Assembly (NCBI GenBank): GCA_963736005.1
Contig: CAVTNB010000001.1
Location: 224,001 to 288,000, forward strand
Length of the DNA: 64,000 nt
Direction of reading: 5' to 3'
From: an uncultured Pseudomonadota bacterium
GTDB taxonomy: Bacteria; Vulcanimicrobiota; Vulcanimicrobiia; Eremiobacterales; Eremiobacteraceae
The notes under the pieces were generated by a model. That model was not told the DNA's origin. It did no database searches and saw only the letters and a list, made by a program, of their open reading frames with translations. Shown here piece after piece: positions 17,991 to 27,890 of the stretch (within the stretch, counting starts at the first letter, position 1; each line of letters begins with the position of its first letter). The position numbers were made by a program, and so were the translations under genes.

Positions 17991-20375
17991 ATGACAGCCT
18001 CGGCCCAGTTCGTCGACGTCGTGCTCGACGTGCCGACGTCTGCGCTCAACACACCGTTCACCTACGCGGTCGGTGAGGAGACCCCCGCGCTTGGTGCGCG
18101 CGTTCGCGTGCCACTTGGGAAACGGTTTGTCGCCGGTTGGGTTGTGGGCGTGCGAACGGAGACTGGGGGTCTGCACGACGTTAAAGCGATCGACGAAATT
18201 CTGCAAGAGACGGCGATTCCCAGCGAAGCGATCGCGCTGGCGCAGTGGCTGAGCCGCCGCTATGCTTGCACGTTGCGCGAAGCTTTGGGGACGGTGGCAC
18301 CGCGAGGTCCACGCAACAACGAACGCTTCCAGTTCCTTCGAAAGCCCCTCGAACGCGACGCACAAGCTGCCGAGCTTTACCGACGCTTGGGCGAGAAGCA
18401 ATTCTCTGCACTGGCCGCTGCCCGGTTGCTCCGCAAGGCGAAGCTCGGATTGCCCCTCGGCGCCACCCGCCAGCGACTCATGCGTCTTGCCAACGAGGGG
18501 TTCGTGGCACGAGTGCGGGTACGCCCTCCCGGGAAGCCCAGAGCGAGGCCCGAGAAGCTTGTCGCGGTGTTAGACGATGCCTCTAAAGCGAAGGGATCCG
18601 CAGCACGACGTCTCGTGGAGGTGCTTGCAGACGCCGGAGGCTCGTTGCCTCTTGGCGATGCGAGAAAGCGCGCGCAAGCGAGCATGGCAACTGCGCGAAC
18701 GGCGGCCGCTGCCGGGGTGATTCGCCTTCACGAAACTGCGGCCAAGCAGCGTGGGGGCGCAGGAGCTCCAGTGACGATGGCGCTCACTCCGACGAGCGAA
18801 CAGCGAGCAGCGATCGATCGAATCGATAGCGCGATTGTGGGTGAACCGGTGACCGCGTTGCTTGAAGGCATAACCGGTTCGGGAAAAACGCTTGTCTATT
18901 CACGGCTCATCGACCGGGTGCGCGAGAGAGGAGGGAGGGCCATTGTGCTCGTCCCCGAGATCGCGCTGACGCCGCAGACCGCAGCTCGATTCGCAGAGGC
19001 ATTCGGAGCGAGCGTTGGGGTGCTGCACAGCGGCCTGTCCGCGTCGGAACGCGCGAAGGTTTGGCGAGACGCCACCTCGGGCGCGATCGACGTCGTTGTT
19101 GGCGCGCGCTCCGCAGCGTTTGCGCCACTCCCAAACCTTGCACTGATCGTTGTCGATGAGGAACACGAACCCTCCTACAAGCAAGACGTGGCACCCAGAT
19201 ATCACGCAGCCGCTGTCGCGATCGAGCGGATGAAAAGCGTTGGCGGAGCGGTCGTGCTGGGCAGCGCAACGCCGAGCCTCGAGACATATTGGAGCGCACT
19301 GCAGGGTCGCATCCTGCACGTGCGCCTCACACGCCGCGCAACTGCGGCGCCGCTGCCGGAGGTCGAGATCGTCGACATGACCGGCCAGCGCGGGCTGCTC
19401 GGCAAACGCGCAATCGGCACGACGCTTGCCGGCAAGCTCGAAAAGTGTCTGGCGCGTGGCGACAAAGCGCTCCTCTTCGTCAACCGAAGAGGTTACGCAG
19501 GGTTGCTCCTGTGCCGGAGCTGTGGATTCGCGCCGCATTGCCGACGCTGCGCCGTGTCACTTGTGGTTCATGCCGCGGATCGTTCGATGCGCTGCCATGT
19601 GTGTGGCGACGCATTTCAAATTTCCGCGCATTGCCCAAGATGCAAGGCGGCGGATTTGCGGCCGTTCGGTTTTGGCACCCAGCGCATAGAAGAAGAGGTG
19701 AAGGAGCTTTTTCCGAGCGCGCGCGTTGTTCGCATGGACTCGGACAGCACCGGAGCGCTGGGAGCGCACGAGAGGCTGTTGAGCGACTTCGCAAGCCAAG
19801 GCGACATCTTGATTGGCACGCAAATGATCGCCAAGGGGCTCGATTATCCATCGGTCACGCTCGTCGGTGCAGTGGCCGCGGACCAAGATTTGCATCGGCC
19901 CGACTTCCGAGCTGCCGAGCGAACGTTCGCGCTGCTCACGCAAGTGGCAGGACGGGCAGGACGAGCCGGCCCCGGTAGCTCCGTCGTCGTGCAGACCTAT
20001 GCGCCCGAGCATTATGCTATCGCGCTGGCCGCAAAACACGACTATACCGCATTTGCAGAAAAGGAACTGGAGGTCCGGCGAGAGTTGGCATATCCGCCGT
20101 TCGGACGAATCGCGTACCTTGTCGTCGCCGGTTTGGGCCAAGCAAACGTTGAGGAGGGAGCTCGCGAGCTCGCAACGCACGTGCGCGCCGCGGCGCGAGA
20201 CGTGGAGGTGCTGGGACCGGCGCCCGATGTCTTGGCGAAAGCGCGAGGAGAGTTTCGCATGAGAATCGCCATCAAATCTCAGACCGAGGAGGCTATGCTC
20301 GAGGCGTGTGCCGTTGCACAGCAGCGACGACTTCCTACCGGCGTTCGCTTGACCGTTATTGTTGATCCGCGGTAA
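17991..20375 (+). CDS. priA: Primosomal protein N' helicase
   Basis: GITGSGKT, LVPEIALTPQ, DEEH, Cys-rich region, GTQMIAKG. Confidence 0.96.
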   Translation: MTASAQFVDVVLDVPTSALNTPFTYAVGEETPALGARVRVPLGKRFVAGWVVGVRTETGGLHDVKAIDEILQETAIPSEAIALAQWLSRRYACTLREALGTVAPRGPRNNERFQFLRKPLERDAQAAELYRRLGEKQFSALAAARLLRKAKLGLPLGATRQRLMRLANEGFVARVRVRPPGKPRARPEKLVAVLDDASKAKGSAARRLVEVLADAGGSLPLGDARKRAQASMATARTAAAAGVIRLHETAAKQRGGAGAPVTMALTPTSEQRAAIDRIDSAIVGEPVTALLEGITGSGKTLVYSRLIDRVRERGGRAIVLVPEIALTPQTAARFAEAFGASVGVLHSGLSASERAKVWRDATSGAIDVVVGARSAAFAPLPNLALIVVDEEHEPSYKQDVAPRYHAAAVAIERMKSVGGAVVLGSATPSLETYWSALQGRILHVRLTRRATAAPLPEVEIVDMTGQRGLLGKRAIGTTLAGKLEKCLARGDKALLFVNRRGYAGLLLCRSCGFAPHCRRCAVSLVVHAADRSMRCHVCGDAFQISAHCPRCKAADLRPFGFGTQRIEEEVKELFPSARVVRMDSDSTGALGAHERLLSDFASQGDILIGTQMIAKGLDYPSVTLVGAVAADQDLHRPDFRAAERTFALLTQVAGRAGRAGPGSSVVVQTYAPEHYAIALAAKHDYTAFAEKELEVRRELAYPPFGRIAYLVVAGLGQANVEEGARELATHVRAAARDVEVLGPAPDVLAKARGEFRMRIAIKSQTEEAMLEACAVAQQRRLPTGVRLTVIVDPR

Positions 20376-20386
20376 CTCAACTTGTC

Positions 20387-20452
20387 TGTAGCAGCGGACC
20401 TTGTGGTCCGCTCCATCGCGTAGGCAAGCGCACCTAAAGGTGCGCTGCTACA
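20387..20452. repeat. Inverted GTAG-REP doublet (REPIN-like), family A
   Basis: gtagcagcggaccttgtggtccgct ... agcgcacctaaaggtgcgctgctac, between convergent genes. Confidence 0.8.
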
Positions 20453-20462
20453 TTAACGCCTC

Positions 20463-21233
20463 TTAGAAGGAAGTGCCGAGACCGAGCGCCGTGCCGAAGT
20501 CGGATTTCGGCGAGGTGGCCGATGGAAGGCAACAATGCGCCGAGATGCCGAGCCGAAGAAAAAGTCCGCCTCCTCGCCGTGGAAAAAACATGAGTCCTGC
20601 TTGGCCCGCGAAAAGGGAAGAGGTCGCGCCGTTCGCTTGTACGTGCGGATAGAAGAAACCCGACGAGTATGGCGTGAGTTGACCCTGCAAACTCGGTAGT
20701 AGGGAATAGCCAAAGCCGAAGGTATTGACGTTGGCATTTATCGTGGAGCGCTGCGCGGACAGAAGGCCGATCCCAAAAGCCCAGCGAGAATCGTGCGGTT
20801 GGTAGAGTGCGCGGAGCTGCGCGTACGAGATAAGCGGCCTGTCGCCGCCGGCGATCCTGTAGTTCTCGTATGTCAAGGACGCCAGATACGAAGGTGCAAG
20901 CCGACCAAGCATGTCTACCCAGAATCCGGATTCGGTTGCTGAGCTAGGAAACGCAACTGGCGTCGACGTGCTGCCGGGCGTTGGCTGGATCATTCCCCCA
21001 CCGCCGGAACCCCACAAGTAACCGACGGCAACAAACCCGTTACCACCAACGCTGGTCGGCGTCGGTGACGGACTTGGAAAAGGATTAGATTGCACCCCAG
21101 CACTCGGGCCCAGGCTGGGTATCGGACTTGGAAAGGGATTCGCTGTCGGAGCCGCGTCGATCGGCAGCCCTGAGGCGACGAGCGCGAGCGCGAGAACTGC
21201 GAAAAAAGGAACGAGCGCGAAGAAGGGGCGCAC
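20463..21233 (-). CDS. Exported protein, possible small outer-membrane beta-barrel
   Basis: Signal peptide, Pro-rich linker, amphipathic strands, C-terminal Phe. Confidence 0.6.
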   Translation of the reverse strand: MRPFFALVPFFAVLALALVASGLPIDAAPTANPFPSPIPSLGPSAGVQSNPFPSPSPTPTSVGGNGFVAVGYLWGSGGGGMIQPTPGSTSTPVAFPSSATESGFWVDMLGRLAPSYLASLTYENYRIAGGDRPLISYAQLRALYQPHDSRWAFGIGLLSAQRSTINANVNTFGFGYSLLPSLQGQLTPYSSGFFYPHVQANGATSSLFAGQAGLMFFPRRGGGLFLRLGISAHCCLPSATSPKSDFGTALGLGTSF

Positions 21234-21479
21234 TTAGCCCTTCTTTGCAGCCTGCTTCGCGAGACGCGATTTCTTTCGGTTTGCCTTGTTGCGGTGGATA
21301 ATGCCGCGTGCGGCCGCCTTATCATAGGCGGATGCGACGCCGCGAACAAGCTCTGATGAGGCGCCTTGCGCCGTCGCTTTCTTAAAGGACGACTTGAGCC
21401 TAGTTTTTACATCGAGGTTCCGTTTGCGCCGCTTCTCTGACGCACGAACCCATTTCTTTGCTGACTTGATATTGGGCAA
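21234..21479 (-). CDS. rpsT: 30S ribosomal protein S20
   Basis: MPNIKSAKK...DKAAARGIIHRNKANRKKSRL. Confidence 0.96.
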   Translation of the reverse strand: MPNIKSAKKWVRASEKRRKRNLDVKTRLKSSFKKATAQGASSELVRGVASAYDKAAARGIIHRNKANRKKSRLAKQAAKKG

Positions 21480-21619
21480 ATCGTTCCCCTCTACACACTG
21501 TGGTCAATGATGTTTGAGCGCTCGTACCTTCCTGCGCCCACGGCACTCCCCCTCCGGGGAAGTTCGAACCCAAATGCGGAAAGCCGCAGTGGGCACGGTT
21601 GTGCCCAAATGCAACAACA

Positions 21620-22453
21620 ATGCTCATTGTGCGCTTTATCGTTAGCCCCAGTCTCTTACCAGGCACAGTCGACGTGCTGCGGCGCTTGCTTGCAGAGTCT
21701 TTGCTCGCATGCGTGAGCGATGCGGACGTCAACGCAACGGTGGTATCGCTGCGCACGAGTGAAGATCGTGTGACGGCCGCAACGAGGGGCGTTGCCGAAG
21801 TCATCGGGGCCGCTCACACTGCCGGCCGTGCTTTTCGATTGGAGCTGCAGCACGACGACCCCGCATTTTTTACCGACGACATGCTGCGTGCCATTGCGGT
21901 TGATGTGCACGGCGTGTTGCGCTGCTCGATTTATGTTGCCAAGCGTTCGGTGCCGGTGTCCGATTGGGCGAAAACGCGCCCGATGGGCTGGGGCGCCGCG
22001 GGACTTGCCTTGGGCAACGCCTCGCCGGCCCTTCCCTTTGGTGGATCTGACGCGCTGGGGTTGGCAATCGAAGCCGGTGGGCAAACGACGATCGTGAAGG
22101 TGAAGCTTACCGGCAGTCTGGACGCCTCCGCGCTTCAAGCGATCGCCTCGGCGGCGGGGGGGACGGAGAATGGCTTCAGCGGGGTCGCTGCGTACCCGCT
22201 CGGCAACCGCAAGGATGCATCAGCGATATTGGTCTTGGAGTTAGGGGATCTGCGGCGCTCACCGCTGCATCGGGCCCTTGCGGTCATCGAGATTGAAGCC
22301 AAGCGTTTTGGGGCCAGTCTGGGACTCGGAGCGCTGCTCTCAAACGCACCGCTCGCCCTTTTTACCGATGCATTGAAGATGCACATGGGGTTGGCGGTCG
22401 ATCGGGGCCAAGTCATCGAAACGCATCTACCGGGCGCGATGGCGCAAAAGTAG
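21620..22453 (+). CDS. Divergent glutamate formiminotransferase-like protein
   Basis: C-terminus (RSPLHRALAVIEIEAKRFG...QVIE) resembles the FtcD transferase C-domain; start uncertain. Confidence 0.5.
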   Translation: MLIVRFIVSPSLLPGTVDVLRRLLAESLLACVSDADVNATVVSLRTSEDRVTAATRGVAEVIGAAHTAGRAFRLELQHDDPAFFTDDMLRAIAVDVHGVLRCSIYVAKRSVPVSDWAKTRPMGWGAAGLALGNASPALPFGGSDALGLAIEAGGQTTIVKVKLTGSLDASALQAIASAAGGTENGFSGVAAYPLGNRKDASAILVLELGDLRRSPLHRALAVIEIEAKRFGASLGLGALLSNAPLALFTDALKMHMGLAVDRGQVIETHLPGAMAQK

Positions 22454-22457
22454 CGTC

Positions 22458-23333
22458 ATGCACTGGCCCCATCTGACGCTTTCGATCTGGGACCTGCTCG
22501 ACATTGGGCTGACCGCCTACTTTGTCTATCTCGTGTTGCTGATCATTCGGGGAACGCGCGGGATGCAAATCCTCCAGGGCATCGCGCTGCTGCTGTTGGC
22601 GCGCGCGGGAGCGCAATATTTTCATCTGTGGACGGTGTTCTCGCTCCTCAATGCGCTCCTGATTGTTTCCGGCGTTGCGCTTCCCATCGTGTTTCAACCA
22701 GAACTTCGCCGCGCGCTCGCACAACTTGGACGGGCAGGCTTCCATGAAGGACGCCCGCAGCCGAGCGAACCTGGCGCGGTCCAAGAACTGTGCACTGTGC
22801 TCGGCACGGCGGCCACGGTCTTATCGCGCAGTGCCATTGGCGCCATCATCGTTATCGAGCGCAACGCTGCCCTGGACGAGTACCTCGAGACAGGCACAAA
22901 AGTCGATGCCCTCTTGAGCGCAGAGGTGCTGCTCTCGCTCTTTTCGCCGCGCTCGCCGCTGCATGACGGAGCGGTCATCATCCGGCGCGACCGCGTGAGC
23001 GCTGCTGGTTGCTTCTTGCCTCTGTCTGAGGTCGTCTTGCTCGATCGGCGAATGGGAACAAGGCATCGCGCGGCGCTTGGCGTGACCGAACAGACGGACG
23101 CGCTCGCACTTGTCGTGTCCGAAGAGACGGGAGCAATTGCGATCGCAAAGGATGGACGGCTGGAGGAGCAGCCACAAAACGCCGAGGCCGTGTCGGCGGC
23201 GCTGCAGTCCTCTTTGTCGTGGACACGCAGTGCGAAACCCGGGCGCTTCACCATCGTCGACTATGCGCGGACGCTATTCCAGAGAGTGCATGTAGCGAAC
23301 AATGGACTGGATAAAACGAAACTTCGGTCTTAA
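22458..23333 (+). CDS. cdaA: Diadenylate cyclase CdaA
   Basis: Three TMs, FQPELRRAL, HDGA and GTRHRAA motifs. Confidence 0.94.
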   Translation: MHWPHLTLSIWDLLDIGLTAYFVYLVLLIIRGTRGMQILQGIALLLLARAGAQYFHLWTVFSLLNALLIVSGVALPIVFQPELRRALAQLGRAGFHEGRPQPSEPGAVQELCTVLGTAATVLSRSAIGAIIVIERNAALDEYLETGTKVDALLSAEVLLSLFSPRSPLHDGAVIIRRDRVSAAGCFLPLSEVVLLDRRMGTRHRAALGVTEQTDALALVVSEETGAIAIAKDGRLEEQPQNAEAVSAALQSSLSWTRSAKPGRFTIVDYARTLFQRVHVANNGLDKTKLRS

Positions 23334-23937
23334 GGTCGTCGCGGTGATCGCGGCGATCGTACTATGGTTCACGTTCAATTATCTCAGTTCTTCGCAGACG
23401 TTTACGAAGACACTGGAGGTGCCGCTTGCGCTGCACGGGGTGTCGAGCGGTCTGGTGGCGTCGACCGCCACGCAAGAAGTAACAGTGGAGCTCGCAGGTG
23501 CCAGGTCCGCCCTCGAAACCTTAGTACCAGAGGATTTCGTGGCGTATCTTGATTGCAGCGGCAAGCACGCCGGCACGTTTGCGCTGAGCGTTTCTGTTGT
23601 TGGTCCGGAAACAGATAAGCCGCTCTCGGTGACGCCGGCCACGGCGGTGGTTGTGCTTGACCAGTATGCGTACCGCCGCGTGCCAGTCATCGCCGATGAC
23701 AGCAGCGGCTCGACCGTGGCTGCCCAAATCGATCCAAAAACCCTCGTGGTGGCTGGGGGTCAGGCAGCGGTATCGCGGGTGTTTGCCGCGCAGGTGAGTA
23801 TCGCAACGGCAAGCGTCTCAAAGCCAATCACGGTGACCGTGAAGCCGGTCCCCGTGGATGTCCACCTGGTTGCGGTCGGCGGCGTGACAGTTGCGCCGGC
23901 CAGCGTGCGCGTGGCGATCGCGCCTGGAAAGACTTGA
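23302..23937 (+). CDS. cdaR: CdaR/YbbR-like regulator
   Basis: N-terminal TM (N...K...LW) plus beta-rich YbbR-like domain; lies between cdaA and glmM. Confidence 0.8.
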   Translation: MDWIKRNFGLKVVAVIAAIVLWFTFNYLSSSQTFTKTLEVPLALHGVSSGLVASTATQEVTVELAGARSALETLVPEDFVAYLDCSGKHAGTFALSVSVVGPETDKPLSVTPATAVVVLDQYAYRRVPVIADDSSGSTVAAQIDPKTLVVAGGQAAVSRVFAAQVSIATASVSKPITVTVKPVPVDVHLVAVGGVTVAPASVRVAIAPGKT

Positions 23938-23944
23938 GGACCGC

Positions 23945-25279
23945 GTGAACCAGTTGTTCGGAACTGATGGTGTGCGCGGCGTCGCAAACGAGTTTTTGAC
24001 CCCTGAACTCGCCTTCGCGCTTGGTCGCGCCGGCGGTTACGTCTTGGCAACGCATGGCGATCGACGCCCGGTGGTCGTGGGGCGCGATACGCGGTGTTCC
24101 GGGCCGATGCTCGAGGCCGCGTTGTGTGCTGGCATTTGCTCGATCGGTCTCGACGTGCTGCAGCTGGGCATCGTTCCCACGCCGGGCGTGGCCCGACTGA
24201 CACGCTCGCTCGCTAGCGCAGCGGGCGTGATGATCTCAGCCTCGCACAATCCGATCCAGGACAATGGCATCAAGTTCTTCGCTTCAGATGGTTGCAAGTT
24301 ATCCGACGCCCTCGAGGACGAAATTGCCGCGCACGTCGCAGACGCGTCAGCGCTACCGCGACCACGTGGCGCCAAGGTTGGCACGATTTTGGACAAGCGG
24401 CGAGCCGTCCGCGATTACATGCTCCATTGCCAATCGCTCGGGAGAGATCTGAGCGGACGAACGGTCGTTATCGACGGCGCACACGGAGCTGCCTACGAGA
24501 TCGCTCCAAAAGTTTTCTCGCACCTTGGCGCGCGTGTCGTGAAGTTGCACTGCACGCCCAACGGTAAAAAAATAAACGTACGTTGCGGATCGACAGATCT
24601 TTCTCGGCTACGCCACGTCGTTGCCCTTCACCCCGGAAGCATTGGGATCGCCTTTGACGGCGATGCCGATCGCGCGTTGTTCATTGATGAAGACGGGCAG
24701 GAAATCACGGGAGATCACGTGCTTGCAATGCGCGCGAAAGATTTGTTGGGGCGCGATGAGTTGCCTCATCGGACCATCGTTGCAACGGTCATGAGCAACA
24801 TCGGACTCGAGACCGCCCTGCGCGAAATGAGTGTTTTGCTCGTTCGCACGCCCGTCGGCGACCGGTACGTCTTAGAGGAAATGCAGCGTGGCGGATTCCG
24901 TCTGGGTGGCGAGCAATCGGGGCACATCATCGATCTTGCGGCAAACACGACGGGAGACGGGATTGCAACCGCTGTCTCGGTCGTGAGTCTCGCCGCAGCA
25001 AACGGCAGGTTGGCTGACATCGCGAGTATCATGCGAGCGCAGCCGCAAGTGCTCGTCAATGTCAGCGTCGCCGACAAAGCTTGCATGGAGCACGGTGCAG
25101 TGCAAGAGCTCATTGCGCACGCGCAACAAAGGCTTGGCGCTCATGGGCGCATTTTGGTTCGCGCTTCGGGCACAGAGCCGCTCATTCGCGTGATGATCGA
25201 AGGGCAAGACGAACGAGAGATTCGCGAGCTCGCCCAAAAGGTAGCAGAAGGAATCCGACAAGCCGCGGTTGTTTCGTAA
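23945..25279 (+). CDS. glmM: Phosphoglucosamine mutase
   Basis: FGTDGVRG, SASHNP, DGDADR, GGEQSGH, R.SGTEP. Confidence 0.95.
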   Translation: MNQLFGTDGVRGVANEFLTPELAFALGRAGGYVLATHGDRRPVVVGRDTRCSGPMLEAALCAGICSIGLDVLQLGIVPTPGVARLTRSLASAAGVMISASHNPIQDNGIKFFASDGCKLSDALEDEIAAHVADASALPRPRGAKVGTILDKRRAVRDYMLHCQSLGRDLSGRTVVIDGAHGAAYEIAPKVFSHLGARVVKLHCTPNGKKINVRCGSTDLSRLRHVVALHPGSIGIAFDGDADRALFIDEDGQEITGDHVLAMRAKDLLGRDELPHRTIVATVMSNIGLETALREMSVLLVRTPVGDRYVLEEMQRGGFRLGGEQSGHIIDLAANTTGDGIATAVSVVSLAAANGRLADIASIMRAQPQVLVNVSVADKACMEHGAVQELIAHAQQRLGAHGRILVRASGTEPLIRVMIEGQDEREIRELAQKVAEGIRQAAVVS

Positions 25280-25437
25280 GAGGAATCTCGCGTCCCAAGT
25301 CCCAAGATGCCTGTCAGTGGACGTGATGGTCGGCACGGTAACTGCCGAGCCCGCGCCCGTATAATTATCGATAACCAAAGCCGGGAACTCCGGCAACTCT
25401 TCGCGTGAGACTGGCAGTTCAAGCCGGTTGCGCACAG

Positions 25438-25570
25438 CCAAGCCGAATCCACATCGAACGTTCTCGTTCGTGCGGAGCGGGGGAAACCCAGGTGACTCTG
25501 GGGTGAATCTGCAGGGTCGCAGAAGCGCTATCTTTCGGCGCTAACCCGTCAACTAACCCCGCAGGCGTTT
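25438..25570 (+). ncRNA. c-di-AMP (ydaO/yuaA) riboswitch
   Basis: gccgaatcc...ggagcgggggaaaccca...ggggtgaatc...aacccgtcaactaaccccgcaggc matches the conserved blocks; sits directly before a cell-wall hydrolase; TATAAT at 25360. Confidence 0.85.
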
Positions 25571-25580
25571 GAGAGAGGAA

Positions 25581-26378
25581 ATGTTGCGAAAAGCTATCGC
25601 TGTTGTTTGCTGTAGTCTTTCCCTCAGTTTTTGTCTTGTAACCCACGCCAAAGCGGCACCCGCGACGTATACCGTCGCGCCCGGTGACACATTGTCGGCC
25701 ATTGCCGACCGATTCCATGTCAGCGTTGCGCAGATCGTTCGTCTGAATCATCTGCGGGATGCAAACGTTCTGGGCGAAGGCCAGATTCTGCACATTTCGG
25801 CACTCCCCAAGAAACGAAGTCCTGCGATGGCGATGCACAAGCATCGCCGTTTTGTTGCCTCGGCCAAGCACCGCAAGGTGCACGTCGCGGCGCAACCCGC
25901 GAATACGCCTGCGCAGGTCGCGGAGTTGCGGGGCTTGTGGGTAGCAACGCATACGGGGATGGCCCCGCCAAGCTTTGCGGCATCTTTTGCTGCGGCCCAG
26001 CGCGTCATCGCTTCGGAAGTACAACTTACCCGAACCGCGCTTCGCTATGTCGGCGTTCCATACGTCTGGGGTGGTGAATCGTTTGGCGGTGTTGACTGTT
26101 CGGGATTCGTGCAGGCGGTGTTTCGCCGAAACGGGATCGAGCTACCGCGCACAGCCGACGCGCAGTTTGAGGTGGGACGAAGAATCGCACAAGAAGGCCT
26201 GCAACCCGGCGACCTTGTTTTCTTTCAGACGTATGCCGAAGGCGCGTCACATGTTGGCATCTATCTGGGTGACGGCCGCTTCGTTCATGCCTCGGCATCC
26301 GACGGCGTGCGCGTCGACTCACTCTCTGACGACTACTATTCGAGCCGCTACCTTGGCGCTCGGAGAGAGGCGATTTAG
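25581..26378 (+). CDS. LysM + NlpC/P60 peptidoglycan endopeptidase
   Basis: YTVAPGDTL LysM; PYVWGG, DCSG, HVGIY, FVHAS. Confidence 0.93.
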   Translation: MLRKAIAVVCCSLSLSFCLVTHAKAAPATYTVAPGDTLSAIADRFHVSVAQIVRLNHLRDANVLGEGQILHISALPKKRSPAMAMHKHRRFVASAKHRKVHVAAQPANTPAQVAELRGLWVATHTGMAPPSFAASFAAAQRVIASEVQLTRTALRYVGVPYVWGGESFGGVDCSGFVQAVFRRNGIELPRTADAQFEVGRRIAQEGLQPGDLVFFQTYAEGASHVGIYLGDGRFVHASASDGVRVDSLSDDYYSSRYLGARREAI

Positions 26379-26416
26379 GCCGATCATCCGCCCAGGCAGC
26401 GCGTAGGATTCTTGTT

Positions 26417-27274
26417 CTAGGCAAAGACAACGGTTTTGTTTCCATACACCAAGATGCGGTTTTCGAGATGCCAGCGAACCGCTCGGGTGAGTACGGCTCG
26501 TTCGGCGTCTCCTCCCTTGCGGATCATGTCCGCCAGTGAGTCGCGGTGCGTAATGCGAACGATGTCTTGCTCGATAATCGGACCCTCGTCGAGCACCTTC
26601 GTCACGTAATGGCTCGTTGCTCCGATCAGTTTGACGCCTCGCTCGTACGACCGATGATACGGCCGTGCCCCGATGAATGCGGGAAGAAACGAATGGTGCA
26701 CGTTGATCATGCGATTCGGATAACTGGCAACAAAGTCATCAGACAACACCTGCATGTAGCGCGCAAGAACGACGAGGTCGATGCCCCGCTGCACAAGGAG
26801 TTCCCGTTGCGTTGCCTCAGCGGCATCCTTGCCTCCCGATGCAAGACGAACGTAGTGAAAGGGGATCCCATAAAACTCCGTCAGCCTGCGGAGATCATCG
26901 TGATTGCTTATGACGAGCCGAATTTCACACTGCAGTTCGCCGATCTGATGTCGAAAGAGCAAGTCCGCCAGACAATGCCCGGCCTTCGAAACCAAGATGG
27001 CGACATTCGGCCGATCCGATGAGCGCGCCACGCGCCACGTCATAGCGAACTCGCGCCCCAGACCAGCAAATTCTGTCGCGAATGCCTCCAACGGGATGCT
27101 GAAGTCAGTCAGGTCCCATTCCAGGCGTAGGAAGTACTCGTTGATCTCTGGATCTTGATGCTCGTCCGCGCGAACGATATTTCCGCCACGCTCGTAAATG
27201 AACGTTGAGACCGCCGCGACGACTCCCTTGCGATCCACGCATTGCACGAGAAGAATGCCGGTTTCCACCATCAC
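26417..27274 (-). CDS. purU: Formyltetrahydrofolate deformylase
   Basis: ACT domain plus LARYMQ, N.HHSFLP.F.GA.PY, GATSHY. Confidence 0.95.
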   Translation of the reverse strand: MMVETGILLVQCVDRKGVVAAVSTFIYERGGNIVRADEHQDPEINEYFLRLEWDLTDFSIPLEAFATEFAGLGREFAMTWRVARSSDRPNVAILVSKAGHCLADLLFRHQIGELQCEIRLVISNHDDLRRLTEFYGIPFHYVRLASGGKDAAEATQRELLVQRGIDLVVLARYMQVLSDDFVASYPNRMINVHHSFLPAFIGARPYHRSYERGVKLIGATSHYVTKVLDEGPIIEQDIVRITHRDSLADMIRKGGDAERAVLTRAVRWHLENRILVYGNKTVVFA

Positions 27275-27366
27275 GTCTCACTTGGCGCCGCGACAACCCA
27301 TCGACCTGCGAGAGAGGTTGGGTCGCCAAAATCTGCGAACGCTCGTTCGCAGCGAGGAGTCGCAGT

Positions 27367-27888
27367 ATGTTCAAAACTGTTTTGATCCTACTGATTGCAG
27401 CAAATACCAGTCAGAGCACGATCGTCACGGTGTATCAGCCGGGTCACATGCATGTGCTCGAGACGGTGAACGGCTCGTGCTGGACCGATTCGATCGCGGT
27501 GCAGCGCACCGATGCCTTTCGCTGCATGAGCGGCAATACAATCCACGATCCGTGTTTCATCAGCGGCAAGAAATCAGTCGCCTGCCCCGAGGACCTGCTC
27601 CACGATCGGGGCACCAAAATAAATCTCACGGCACCGTTGCCCGCCAGCGCCGGTCAAACTGGGGGTGACAATGTGTGGGCCTTCCAGCTTGCCTCGGGGG
27701 CGCTCTGTCGCATCGGCACAGGCACGATAACTCCAGGCTACCCCTATTACTGCAGCGTGCCTCCGGTTTGCAGCGAACCCAAGCGGTCATCGGATCCGTC
27801 CGTGTACGAAACGAATTGCGGCAAGACCGAGAATGGCATGACCGTGACCTCGGTGCGCGTTGAAAAAGTTAGCCGGATCTGGAAGTAG
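27367..27888 (+). CDS. Secreted Cys-rich hypothetical protein
   Basis: GAGGAG RBS, signal-like N-terminus, several Cys (GSCW, RCM, DPCF). Confidence 0.65.
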   Translation: MFKTVLILLIAANTSQSTIVTVYQPGHMHVLETVNGSCWTDSIAVQRTDAFRCMSGNTIHDPCFISGKKSVACPEDLLHDRGTKINLTAPLPASAGQTGGDNVWAFQLASGALCRIGTGTITPGYPYYCSVPPVCSEPKRSSDPSVYETNCGKTENGMTVTSVRVEKVSRIWK

Positions 27889-27890
27889 CA

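Noticed and set aside
25280..25437. glmS ribozyme after glmM
   Set aside because: The AGCGCC...GACGAGG core is absent and the downstream gene is not glmS.
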